From the sequence record NC_027399.1: a stretch of 64,000 nucleotides of DNA; one strand, 5' to 3'. Under the pieces are notes generated by a model, which saw only the letters and a list, made by a program, of their open reading frames with translations, searched no databases and was not told the origin of the DNA. The position numbers were made by a program, and so were the translations under genes. This document shows, one piece after another, positions 53,840-62,018 of this stretch (positions within the stretch are counted from its first letter, which is position 1; every line of letters starts with the position of its first letter).

Positions 53840-54024
53840 TCCACAATCAGACGTATATGGTGTAAGTTACGTCGATGAAATCCAGAACAAGATCTCTGGT
53901 ACTCTAGGAAGTGGTGAATGTTAACCTAGACGGGTTTGTTAATTGGACGATAAGCAATTAATACTTGACTAGCAGGTTTAAACTAGAGGTGACTGTCCTT
54001 CACTAAACTGGAAAACCGGGTGGA
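53840..54024 (+). ncRNA. small RNA D (~185 nt, multi-hairpin)
   Basis: TCCAC/GTGGA closing stem; GACGT/ACGTC, CCAGA/TCTGG, CTAGG/CCTAG, TTAATTG/CAATTAA, CTAG/CTAG, GTGA/TCAC stems; no ORF. Confidence 0.55.
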
Positions 54025-54079
54025 CTTTTAATTAAAAAAGTGTTGAACAAAAAGTTCAATAATGATATAATAAGTACCA

Positions 54080-54155
54080 ATGTAAGGCGTGGAACAATGT
54101 TTACATAAGTTACTTAGTAGCCTGTACGCCCCACGTCAAGGTAGCCGAAAGGCAA
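54080..54155 (+). ncRNA. small RNA C
   Basis: starts right after promoter 54043-54071; GGCGT/ACGCC or CGTGG/CCACG stem; GCC-GAAA-GGC GNRA hairpin. Confidence 0.45.
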
Positions 54156-54162
54156 GTTTAAT

Positions 54163-54213
54163 GGGTGGTTATAAATCTGAATTGACAGAGACTATTAAAA
54201 CAGTCACCATCCA
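54163..54213 (+). ncRNA. 50-nt tRNA-like mini RNA, copy 2
   Basis: GGGTGGT/ACCATCC, TCTG/CAGA, GACT/AGTC, then A and AATTTTAATTT. Confidence 0.75.
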
Positions 54214-54235
54214 AATTTTAATTTAATAGTTTAGT

Positions 54236-54379
54236 ATGAATAAAAAACAGATACATAAACAATATGATGAAATTGCAGTGAAGGTTTTTCGTGGTGAATT
54301 AGGTTATAAACCATCTGTTAAATCTAAATATTCAAAATCTTCTTCACTAAAGTTCAATCATAAAATAGAGTTTAAATAA
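54236..54379 (+). CDS. small basic hypothetical protein (47 aa, not in ORF track)
   Basis: open frame MNKKQIHKQYDEIAVKVFRGELGY...; weak RBS. Confidence 0.35.
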   Translation: MNKKQIHKQYDEIAVKVFRGELGYKPSVKSKYSKSSSLKFNHKIEFK

Positions 54380-54398
54380 TACTGGACAATAATATATA

Positions 54399-54863
54399 AT
54401 GAATATCACTAATGTAAAAGATTTTTTAGAATATTTTATTAAGAATACTCGTGCACGTGATGAATTAGAAAAGAATGGATTCATCCAAGGTAACGATTAC
54501 AGTAATTTCTTTTATAGTATTGATAAACATGAATATTATGTCGATGCAACTTTAAGTGATAATCCATATTATATAAAAGATGGGTATTGCATTGGATTTA
54601 CGTTTGAAGATAAATCAGTAGATGCACCAATAAACTTTTATGCATTATATTATAATAAAAAAGATAATATTTTGAAATTAGGATTTACTAGTGACATGGA
54701 TGAAGATGTTGTATTCAATTGTAACACATGGTTGGAACATGATTCATTCTTTCAAAGTACATTAATTCATAACTTTATGACAACAGATTTAGAGTACTGG
54801 AAAAATTGCATAGAATTACTTAATGTAATTTATAATGAACAAATCAAACAAAAATGGCAATAA
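54399..54863 (+). CDS. FQxS-motif family protein
   Basis: WLEHDSFFQSTLIHNFMTTDLEYWKNC. Confidence 0.7.
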   Translation: MNITNVKDFLEYFIKNTRARDELEKNGFIQGNDYSNFFYSIDKHEYYVDATLSDNPYYIKDGYCIGFTFEDKSVDAPINFYALYYNKKDNILKLGFTSDMDEDVVFNCNTWLEHDSFFQSTLIHNFMTTDLEYWKNCIELLNVIYNEQIKQKWQ

Positions 54864-54960
54864 TAGCAGGACGGTTCAGTATTTGGTAGTATGTTTGGCT
54901 GAATAAACGTGTAAAAAAGTGTTGAACAAAAAGTTCAGTACTATATAATTGACTTACTAC

Positions 54961-55034
54961 GTCCCCTTAGTTCAGTTGGATAGAACAACTGCCTTCTAAG
55001 CAGTAGGTCACTGGTTCGAGTCCAGTAGGGGATA
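54961..55034 (+). tRNA. tRNA-Arg(TCT)
   Basis: GTCCCCT/AGGGGAT, D arm GTTC/GAAC, ACTGC-CTTCTAA-GCAGT, ACTGG-TTCGAGT-CCAGT; CCA lies 2 nt past the discriminator. Confidence 0.93.
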
Positions 55035-55047
55035 TACCATACAATAT

Positions 55048-55071
55048 GGGAATAGTTAGAAGATATTCCCA
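55048..55071 (+). other. acceptor-like microhelix
   Basis: GGGAATA-GTTAGAAGA-TATTCCC+A followed by the same ATTTTAATTT trailer as the RNA genes. Confidence 0.3.
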
Positions 55072-55181
55072 ATTTTAATTTAAAAAGCGTTGAACAAAAA
55101 GTTCAATAATGATATAATGGTATTATAAAATGTTGTAATACTTAATATTAACTTTTAAGAAGATAATTAGTATCATACACA

Positions 55182-55273
<92 letters not shown>

Positions 55274-55331
55274 TAAAATTCAATTAAAAAAGTGTTGAAC
55301 AAAAAGTTCAATGCTGATATAATAAAAGAAT

Positions 55332-55422
<91 letters not shown>

Positions 55423-55430
55423 GATTTTAT

Positions 55431-55481
55431 GGATAGTTATAAAGTTGAATTAACAGCGACACTTAAAATTGTCACTATCCA
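55431..55481 (+). ncRNA. 50-nt tRNA-like mini RNA, copy 3
   Basis: GGATAGT/ACTATCC, GTTG/CAGC, GACA/TGTC, then A and AATTTTAATTT. Confidence 0.75.
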
Positions 55482-55540
55482 AATTTTAATTTAAATAGTA
55501 CTTGACAAAAATGTTCAGTACTGATACAATAAAGAATATT

Positions 55541-55618
55541 GGCCCTTTACTCTCAAGTGGTTAGAGAATCCGACTCATAATCGGTAGGCTCTGAGTTCGA
55601 ATCTCAGAAGGGCCACCA
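55541..55618 (+). tRNA. tRNA-Ile2(CAT) (lysidine-type; Met less likely)
   Basis: GGCCCTT/AAGGGCC-A-CCA and GACTCATAATC arm closely resemble enterobacterial tRNA-Ile2; own promoter TTGACA-17-TACAAT. Confidence 0.88.
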
Positions 55619-55637
55619 AATTTTAAAACATAATATA

Positions 55638-56345
55638 ATGAAAATACAATTACAATATCCATATAATCAAGATTGGGATACAGGTTCATTAACAATTAAT
55701 CCCGAAGGTCGAAGAACTGTTATTTTATATAACAAAACTACAAAAATCACAAGTAGTACTGCTTATGCACGATATTTGTTAGCAGTGCACAATAACAGAT
55801 ATTTAACTGAAAATGAAGAAGCTGACCATATTGATGAAGATTTCACTAATGATGATATATCTAATCTTCAAATTTTGACAATAGAAGAACATAGAGCTAA
55901 ATCAATTGCGAATGGGATTCAAGCTAAATATGATGAATTTGTGTGTAAAGGTTGTGGAATAAAATTTTTAAGAAGACATAATCAAGTTAAGTCATATACA
56001 AAATATTGTAGTAAAAAATGTTCTTGGAAAAATAATCCTCCACCAACAAAAACAAAAAATGGTGACACGACAATCGATTATGATAAAGTAAAAGAATATA
56101 TAAACGATGGATTGTCAGATACTGAAATTGCAAAGAAAATGAATATAAATCGCAATTCAGTACTAAATTATAGAACTAAACACAATATACCTTCTAAAAA
56201 ATTTGCTAATGTGAATATTTTAGAAGATAATATTGATGAAATAAAACAACGTTTGCTTTCTGGTGAAAAGAAAGTTGATATATACAAAAGCTATGGTTCT
56301 TCAAAAAATGTTTTTGCAAGATTTTTAAAGAGACATGGATTATAA
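55638..56345 (+). mobile_element. HNH homing endonuclease in tRNA cluster
   Basis: EADHIDEDFTNDDISNLQILT..EH HNH motif, CxxC..CxxxC zinc finger, two C-terminal HTH-like segments. Confidence 0.8.
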
Positions 56346-56354
56346 TAGAATAAT

Positions 56355-56427
56355 GACTCTGTAGCACAATCGGTGGTGCGATTGACTGTTAATCAATTGG
56401 TTGGGGATTCGAGTTCCTCCAGAGTCG
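56355..56427 (+). tRNA. tRNA-Asn(GTT)
   Basis: GACTCTG/CAGAGTC, GCAC/GTGC D arm, ATTGA-CTGTTAA-TCAAT, G73, no encoded CCA. Confidence 0.9.
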
Positions 56428-56445
56428 CTTAACAAACCAAAGAAT

Positions 56446-56593
56446 TGTACCTAAATAACGAGTATATGGATTCTCTATGATTGTCCCTGTATGAGTTAGA
56501 GAGATTATTCATAAGAAGTCGAGTGTATAGATTCTCAAAGAAATGATTGTTTATACATGAGTTATCTTAAAACGAATATCTCAAGGTACACCA
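56446..56593 (+). ncRNA. CCA-ended ~147-nt RNA with two tandem repeated hairpin modules
   Basis: GTACCT/AGGTAC-A-CCA; two modules CGAGT.TAT.GATTCTC..ATGATTGT..ATGAGTTA. Confidence 0.6.
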
Positions 56594-56600
56594 AACAATT

Positions 56601-56649
56601 GACTCTGTAGTTCAGTTGGTAGATCTTATATAGTTACCAACCAGAGTCG
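56601..56649 (+). pseudogene. internally deleted tRNA-Asn-like remnant or mini RNA
   Basis: same acceptor GACTCTG/CAGAGTC-G-CTT as tRNA-Asn; D-arm-like TAGTTCAGTTGGTAGA; no anticodon or T arm. Confidence 0.6.
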
Positions 56650-56657
56650 CTTACAAT

Positions 56658-56722
56658 GGAAGGTGGTAATACATCAGTATTACCTTTTAAGACAGAAGAT
56701 ATGAGTATCTTCCCTTCCACCA
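56658..56722 (+). ncRNA. 65-nt CCA-ended tRNA-Ser-like mini RNA
   Basis: GGAAGG/CCTTCC-A-CCA, GGTAATAC/GTATTACC hairpin, GAAGAT/ATCTTC hairpin stacked on acceptor (6+6 bp). Confidence 0.6.
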
Positions 56723-56724
56723 CA

Positions 56725-56812
56725 CATTGTACTCTTCTCCCGTAAGGAGAATGACAAAAAACTATCCGAAAGATAGAAAGCCTGAAATAACAGGGTGCAA
56801 TTAAATTACAAT

Positions 56813-56813
<1 letters not shown>
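56725..56813 (+). ncRNA. three-hairpin cloverleaf-like RNA
   Basis: CATTGTA/TACAATG encloses TTCTCC/GGAGAA, CTATC/GATAG and CCTG/CAGG hairpins. Confidence 0.5.
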
Positions 56814-56877
<64 letters not shown>

Positions 56878-56882
56878 ATTTT

Positions 56883-57007
56883 GGACAAATCGTACTGAAT
56901 TAGTACTGTAATAATAGACACTTATTGCTGTAAACTGGAATGCGGTATACATTCCTTCAGATACAGAGTGTGACAGTATGATGTTAAAGGTATCCTTTGA
57001 CTGTCCA
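56883..57007 (+). ncRNA. multi-hairpin small RNA
   Basis: GGACA/TGTCC+A; ACACT/AGTGT, CTGTA/TACAG, GGAATG/CATTCC, GACAGT/ACTGTC, AAAGG/CCTTT stems. Confidence 0.45.
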
Positions 57008-57033
57008 AATTAATTTAAATGGAGTACTGAATA

Positions 57034-57234
57034 ATGTCCAAATATGTTAATCGACAAAAACGAAAAGCACGTTCCAAGGATGAAATTCTTCAATTGATTC
57101 AAGAAAATAAAAAAGATGTAGTGATTGATGAATATATTTTTCAGTATGGTAATCAACGAGGAATGGTACAAGAAAGTAATGGTAAGTATCATTCTGAGCA
57201 TTACGATCTTATTAAAAGAATTCTATTGAAATAA
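57034..57234 (+). CDS. small hypothetical protein
   Basis: 66 aa, GGAG RBS. Confidence 0.6.
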   Translation: MSKYVNRQKRKARSKDEILQLIQENKKDVVIDEYIFQYGNQRGMVQESNGKYHSEHYDLIKRILLK

Positions 57235-57244
57235 GGAGAATTAC

Positions 57245-57439
57245 ATGTTTTGGAACCTAGTTTGTTTATTTGGTCGTACATTTGTATTAGCTGTTATTCA
57301 TTCTCCTGGTATTAAAAACTTTGTTTCATACGAATTCAAAGAATCGTATCACAATAATACTGAAAAGCGTTCAGTTCAAATGTGCAAAGACTTTGGCATT
57401 GAGATGAAAGAGCCATTCAAAAAATATAGTGATGAATAA
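57245..57439 (+). CDS. small hypothetical protein
   Basis: 64 aa, AAGGAG RBS. Confidence 0.6.
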   Translation: MFWNLVCLFGRTFVLAVIHSPGIKNFVSYEFKESYHNNTEKRSVQMCKDFGIEMKEPFKKYSDE

Positions 57440-57454
57440 AGAAAGTAATCAATA

Positions 57455-57580
57455 ATACCTATCATCTAATATCAGTACTGATGCGTATCAGCAGATGGCT
57501 TGATGGGCAGTACTGACAGGATACATCGTTCGCCGGGTGCGGGTTCGGTGGATATACGTAAAGTCGTATTGGGTATGCCA
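57455..57580 (+). ncRNA. 126-nt CCA-ended RNA with tRNA-like acceptor/T-arm 3' domain
   Basis: ATACCTA/TGGGTAT-G-CCA with adjacent ATACG-TAAAGT-CGTAT hairpin (7+5 bp); internal TCAGTACTG/CAGTACTGA arm. Confidence 0.65.
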
Positions 57581-57603
57581 AATATAATAATAAAAATATG
57601 TAA

Positions 57604-57679
57604 TAATGTGATAGCTCAAATAGGTAGAGCGGGAGGCCATAGTGCTGACTAGTTTGTGAGTTCAATTCTCACCCATTAT
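57604..57679 (+). pseudogene. pseudo-tRNA
   Basis: TAGCTCAAATAGGTAGAGC D arm and GTGAG-TTCAATT-CTCAC T arm intact; acceptor and anticodon stems disrupted; CAT in loop region. Confidence 0.55.
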
Positions 57680-57690
57680 TAATAAAATTG

Positions 57691-57725
57691 TAAGCTACCC
57701 TGTTATTTGGGTAGCTTTTTCTTTT
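57691..57725 (+). terminator. terminator ending the RNA island
   Basis: AGCTACCC-TGTTATTT-GGGTAGCT plus T tract. Confidence 0.7.
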
Positions 57726-57744
57726 TATAACAAGAGAGATTATC

Positions 57745-58161
57745 ATGAGTAATGTTACTTTACTGAATATTTTACAAGAATGCTATGAAAAACTTGAAAA
57801 TTCCAATCCAAGTGTCATATTCAACTCATCATTTGATAATTATTCTACTATAAATTATAGAGTAAAAATTTTAGTATATAATCACTTTGATTTATCATCA
57901 TTAAGTGATTGTAGTAACATTTACTTGCACATTAGTGATTATGATGGTGTGGGTGAATATACTATGTCGATTGATATTTACAAAGGATATTTCTATTATA
58001 AAAACAAAAAATTTGACAATTTTGAAAATTTATTCCCGTTGACTGAAGATACAATGTTTCAGTACTCAACACTTTATGACACATCATCCTTGACAATCGA
58101 TGAGTTAAATTTTATAATGTCTATTAGTTTGGATATTCCAATTTATGAAGCATCATTATAA
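57745..58161 (+). CDS. FQxS-motif family protein
   Basis: LTEDTMFQYSTLYDT. Confidence 0.7.
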   Translation: MSNVTLLNILQECYEKLENSNPSVIFNSSFDNYSTINYRVKILVYNHFDLSSLSDCSNIYLHISDYDGVGEYTMSIDIYKGYFYYKNKKFDNFENLFPLTEDTMFQYSTLYDTSSLTIDELNFIMSISLDIPIYEASL

Positions 58162-58178
58162 AATCTAGGAGCATTTTT

Positions 58179-58337
58179 ATGAAAATTAAGTGTTGTGTAT
58201 GTGATTGTGAAATTGATGAAAAGCATGTATATGGCGAATGGGATGATTACTGCTCCGATTGCTGGGAATCTGAAGGACGTGATGCAGAACTATGGGAAGA
58301 TGAGAGTGAGTGGGATGAGGATGAGGATGAAGAATAA
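58179..58337 (+). CDS. 52-aa zinc-finger protein with highly acidic tail (not in ORF track)
   Basis: MKIKCCVCDC..YCSDCW..WEDESEWDEDEDEE; AGGAG RBS. Confidence 0.7.
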   Translation: MKIKCCVCDCEIDEKHVYGEWDDYCSDCWESEGRDAELWEDESEWDEDEDEE

Positions 58338-58433
58338 ACGTATGTTTAAAGTACTGTTTCTTCATGCGTTTTAATTTATAGAGGCTGATTCATTGAATCG
58401 GCCATTTTCTTTGTTAAAAAAAGAGATAAAAAT

Positions 58434-58841
58434 ATGAAAAAATTTCTTTCAAAAGAACACGAAGAAAATATTCTTAATGCATTGAGTGTATTTCCAGAGA
58501 GTGTTATAAGTAATAATAAGAATTCTACATATTATTATGGTAAAGGTAATTGGTTTTATTTTAGCGACAGTTCATATATGTGTGTATTAAATCTATGTAC
58601 TGAAGAATATTCTTATTGTTTGAGGATCGATCCTCGTTATAAATTAATCCTACTATGCGAAAAGAATGATGAATTTTATGAAAGTGAGATAGATGATACC
58701 GATTCATATATTAGTAATTTTTATCTCGAAGAAGATGTTTATTTTATGGATAGTACTGTGAATGAAATTACTATTCCTTTTAGTATAATGAAACGTTCAC
58801 ATGAATTTCTAAAATACAGCAGAGAAAAATTTCATGACTGA
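58434..58841 (+). CDS. FQxS-motif family protein
   Basis: LEEDVYFMDSTVNEI. Confidence 0.65.
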   Translation: MKKFLSKEHEENILNALSVFPESVISNNKNSTYYYGKGNWFYFSDSSYMCVLNLCTEEYSYCLRIDPRYKLILLCEKNDEFYESEIDDTDSYISNFYLEEDVYFMDSTVNEITIPFSIMKRSHEFLKYSREKFHD

Positions 58842-59205
58842 TATAAATGAAGTTATTGAGCATTTTTATAATTGGGTACTAACGGATCCAATAAAAACTG
58901 GATTAATTGAAAAATATAACTGCTCTATGTATTCTTATTGTTCAAATAAAGCTACGATGTATAGTAAGGATGTTGATAATTATTTACTAATCTCTGACGA
59001 TGTAGTTTATGATGTATTTGACAATGAAATTGTCATTGATGGTGGTGATGTTGATATTGTAAAATTACATGATATGGATTTCTCATGTACTGAATCAGCG
59101 GCGTTTCAATTAAGCACATTATATGATTTCCGATGCAGTACTGAAAGTATTGTATTATTATTGAAAATAGTACATATTTTAAGAAAAAAGAGAATGGTAT
59201 TATAA
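58834..59205 (+). CDS. FQxS-motif family protein
   Basis: CTESAAFQLSTLYDFRCSTE..LLLKIV. Confidence 0.7.
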   Translation: MTDINEVIEHFYNWVLTDPIKTGLIEKYNCSMYSYCSNKATMYSKDVDNYLLISDDVVYDVFDNEIVIDGGDVDIVKLHDMDFSCTESAAFQLSTLYDFRCSTESIVLLLKIVHILRKKRMVL

Positions 59206-59621
59206 TGGTGGAATTTAATGTTCAAGATTTTTATGATTTTGTAATGAAAGCCGAAAAGAATAATCGTGAATATATTAAAACAATTGGGGATAATATATAT
59301 GAACACTTCTGTTATTCTTTAAAGGAGGGAATGTCTGCATTTTCAAATTCAACTATGGATAATGCATTATATAATTTATTAATGCATAATTGTCATTATG
59401 TATTTGATATTTACAGTGATCAAATAATTTATAAAATTATGTTTTTTGATAAAAAACAAATTGAAAATACAATTAATTTGGATTGTTATGATTCTGAATC
59501 AAAAGAAGGATTTGCTTTTCAGTTATCAGTTTCATATGATTTCCCATTTAGTACTGAAGATTATATTTTAATGTTAAAGATTGTTGATAAATTAAGACTA
59601 AACGAAAGGAATTTCAAATGA
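59205..59621 (+). CDS. FQxS-motif family protein (tandem paralog of upstream gene)
   Basis: SKEGFAFQLSVSYDFPFSTE..LMLKIV. Confidence 0.7.
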   Translation: MVEFNVQDFYDFVMKAEKNNREYIKTIGDNIYEHFCYSLKEGMSAFSNSTMDNALYNLLMHNCHYVFDIYSDQIIYKIMFFDKKQIENTINLDCYDSESKEGFAFQLSVSYDFPFSTEDYILMLKIVDKLRLNERNFK

Positions 59622-59702
59622 ACATTACTAGTGTTAAACTAATTTTTGAAAACTGTGAAGCAATAGACATTCCTTTTAATGATATATTGTTTTTGCATAT
59701 AG
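59618..59702 (+). CDS. 5' part of a gene interrupted by an assembly gap
   Basis: ATGA coupling, AAGGA RBS, MNITSVKLIFENCE.. runs into N's. Confidence 0.5.
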
Positions 59703-59709
59703 NNNNNNN
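59703..59709. other. assembly gap (7 N)
   Basis: nnnnnnn in sequence. Confidence 0.99.
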
Positions 59710-59711
59710 GA

Positions 59712-60047
59712 ACTTTTAATTCTTTGTCTATAGAAACAGTTTTAAAAGAATTTGCTATTGCACTGAATAAGGATATTGAATGTAATTTCTGGAATAACCA
59801 GAGCATCGAAGAAAGACTTGCTATGCGTGATATAACATGGGTAGAACTGTGCAATAATAATGAGAAAGTATCATATTATATTGAATGGCCTGAATACGAT
59901 GAGTATTATAGTACTGCACAACGTTTGCAGTACACACCAGATGGTAATTTAATTTTTACCAGTTCCACACAATCATTCATCAAAATCGAAACTGATGATA
60001 TCGATCATATGGCTAAATCAATTGGGATGTACGGACATGAAAAATGA
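59712..60047 (+). CDS. hypothetical protein, 5' end in the gap
   Basis: frame of the 59724 ORF is open back to the gap. Confidence 0.55.
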   Translation, partial: TFNSLSIETVLKEFAIALNKDIECNFWNNQSIEERLAMRDITWVELCNNNEKVSYYIEWPEYDEYYSTAQRLQYTPDGNLIFTSSTQSFIKIETDDIDHMAKSIGMYGHEK

Positions 60048-60480
60048 TAACGATGGGGATTTTATAAAAATTCATTTAAAAAGAACCTGGACAGATGTTG
60101 CATCAGGTGATATAATGAACGTAGAATATAGCACAGAAAAGATTTTAGTTAAAAACCAACTTAATGCAAATGATGAAGCAAATGATTTCATTGAAAAAAA
60201 TGTTGGCGTTTATGTTCTTGATGGAATAGAATATAAAACTGAACTCATCGAAAAAGATGTTATGCAAGATAAACAGGTCTTTTTAACTAAAGAACAAATG
60301 TTCGATTTTATTCTCAATAATACTGTGACAATCATTCCAGATAACACCATCTGGACTGATGAAAATGGTAATAAAGTCAAAAAGAAATATACAGTATCGA
60401 TTAATTCAACATCAATGTGTGGGTTTGACTTAGAAGATGCTATTAATTACTACGTAAACAATAGGAGTTCAATGAAATGA
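60037..60480 (+). CDS. hypothetical protein
   Basis: ATG 60037. Confidence 0.65.
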   Translation: MKNDNDGDFIKIHLKRTWTDVASGDIMNVEYSTEKILVKNQLNANDEANDFIEKNVGVYVLDGIEYKTELIEKDVMQDKQVFLTKEQMFDFILNNTVTIIPDNTIWTDENGNKVKKKYTVSINSTSMCGFDLEDAINYYVNNRSSMK

Positions 60481-60806
60481 TATTCATCATTGTAGCAGTT
60501 ATTTGTTGTGTTACGGTTATTATATGTAAATCAATTCAGGTAAAAAGTTATCATAAAGCACTGGAGATGGAAAAGAATTTATATAGTACTGAAATTCTTT
60601 GTGAAGACCCTAATGCGAAAAAATCACCATATTCACTAACAAGAGAACTCCATGTAGAATCAGAAACATGGGGATGGACTGTAAACAGAAACGGTGAAAA
60701 AGTCAAAAGTTCAAATGGTTATTATCAAATTCTCAACTTAGATAAAGCACAAGAACTGATGAATACTATGGAAAAAATTGATGGATACAAAATAACCAAA
60801 TTTTAA
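60477..60806 (+). CDS. membrane-anchored hypothetical protein
   Basis: N-terminal TM; GGAG RBS. Confidence 0.65.
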   Translation: MIFIIVAVICCVTVIICKSIQVKSYHKALEMEKNLYSTEILCEDPNAKKSPYSLTRELHVESETWGWTVNRNGEKVKSSNGYYQILNLDKAQELMNTMEKIDGYKITKF

Positions 60807-60822
60807 TCCAGGAGAAATATAT

Positions 60823-61161
60823 ATGGATATTAGTAGTACTATAAAATTCTTGGCAGAGAATTTTGAAAAGATTATCACAAGGGGTGGTTTAATAGTTCAC
60901 CCCAATACGAATATTATGTATCAAATTAGGTTTGACACTCAGTCTTACGATCAAGTACTTGTATTTTCCAAGTTCAATGATTATAAAGAAGTAGTAATGT
61001 TTTGTTGTACAGAATTTGGTGTATATATCAAAGATACTGAAACTCAAACAATTTCCCATTACTTTTACCATACATTAATGGGCACTGATTTATTTGGTCT
61101 TAAATTTAATGATTTGGCTAATTTACATTACATGTTCAAACACTATCCACACACTAATTAA
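60823..61161 (+). CDS. hypothetical protein
   Basis: 112 aa, AGGAG RBS. Confidence 0.65.
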   Translation: MDISSTIKFLAENFEKIITRGGLIVHPNTNIMYQIRFDTQSYDQVLVFSKFNDYKEVVMFCCTEFGVYIKDTETQTISHYFYHTLMGTDLFGLKFNDLANLHYMFKHYPHTN

Positions 61162-61170
61162 GGAAGTACA

Positions 61171-61998
61171 ATGAAAAATATTATTTTTAAAAACGTTGCG
61201 TTTGTAAAAGATCTATACACTGGTGCATATGTATCTGGTAATAAACTAATTATCTCTGCTGGTAATGATTATGAAGTGCAATTTGAGTCCAGTGATAAGG
61301 CATTTGAAGGTTTAACTGAACTAGATAGTCTGTTGAATGCAGAAGAACATACCAAATCACCAAAAGCAAATACTGTTTCTGATGAAATTACTTCTCTCTT
61401 GAACGGTATTAAAAACGGTTCAGTACTGAATACTATTAACGGCATTAATGATAAACTTCGTAATAAAGTAAGTTCATTTAAAAACGATGCACAAGAAAAA
61501 GCAATGGAAATCGCATTTGAAAAACTATTTAAAGAAGGTTCACTTGCTATCGATAAAGCTATTTCTGATCTGGACAACGCTTTCAACGTTCTGTTCCCTG
61601 AAGATGAAACAGAAACACCAAAACAACCAAATACAACTAGCACAAAAACCACTGAAAGCACAGAAAATGTTAAATCCAAAAAATTTAACATTGATGATAT
61701 TTTTAGTACTCTAAATGTTGGTCAGGATCAAAGTGTACTAACTTTTGATAAAATCATGGCTTCTGATAAGATCATTGATGATATGACAAGTACTGAACTT
61801 CGTCGTATTATTGAGATTTTCATTGATGAAATTGTGAATTCCGAAAAAGGTAAAGAGATGATTGATTCAATCAAAACCAATTTTGGTACAGCAGAAGTTG
61901 ATGCCGCGATCCAGAAAATCAAAGATACTGCATATCAGGTTTGTATTGAAAATTCAAAACTAACATTTGCTGATGTGATGCAAAAATATTTCTTTTAA
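61171..61998 (+). CDS. hypothetical multidomain protein
   Basis: 275 aa, beta-rich N-terminus, T/P/K linker, helical C-terminus; AAGGA RBS. Confidence 0.75.
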   Translation: MKNIIFKNVAFVKDLYTGAYVSGNKLIISAGNDYEVQFESSDKAFEGLTELDSLLNAEEHTKSPKANTVSDEITSLLNGIKNGSVLNTINGINDKLRNKVSSFKNDAQEKAMEIAFEKLFKEGSLAIDKAISDLDNAFNVLFPEDETETPKQPNTTSTKTTESTENVKSKKFNIDDIFSTLNVGQDQSVLTFDKIMASDKIIDDMTSTELRRIIEIFIDEIVNSEKGKEMIDSIKTNFGTAEVDAAIQKIKDTAYQVCIENSKLTFADVMQKYFF

Positions 61999-62018
61999 TG
62001 TATAAAATTTGATATAAT

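Noticed and set aside
54088-54150. Pistol ribozyme (CGTGG/CCACG stem)
   Set aside because: The loop is 38 nt, and the pseudoknot, P2 and P3 elements are missing.
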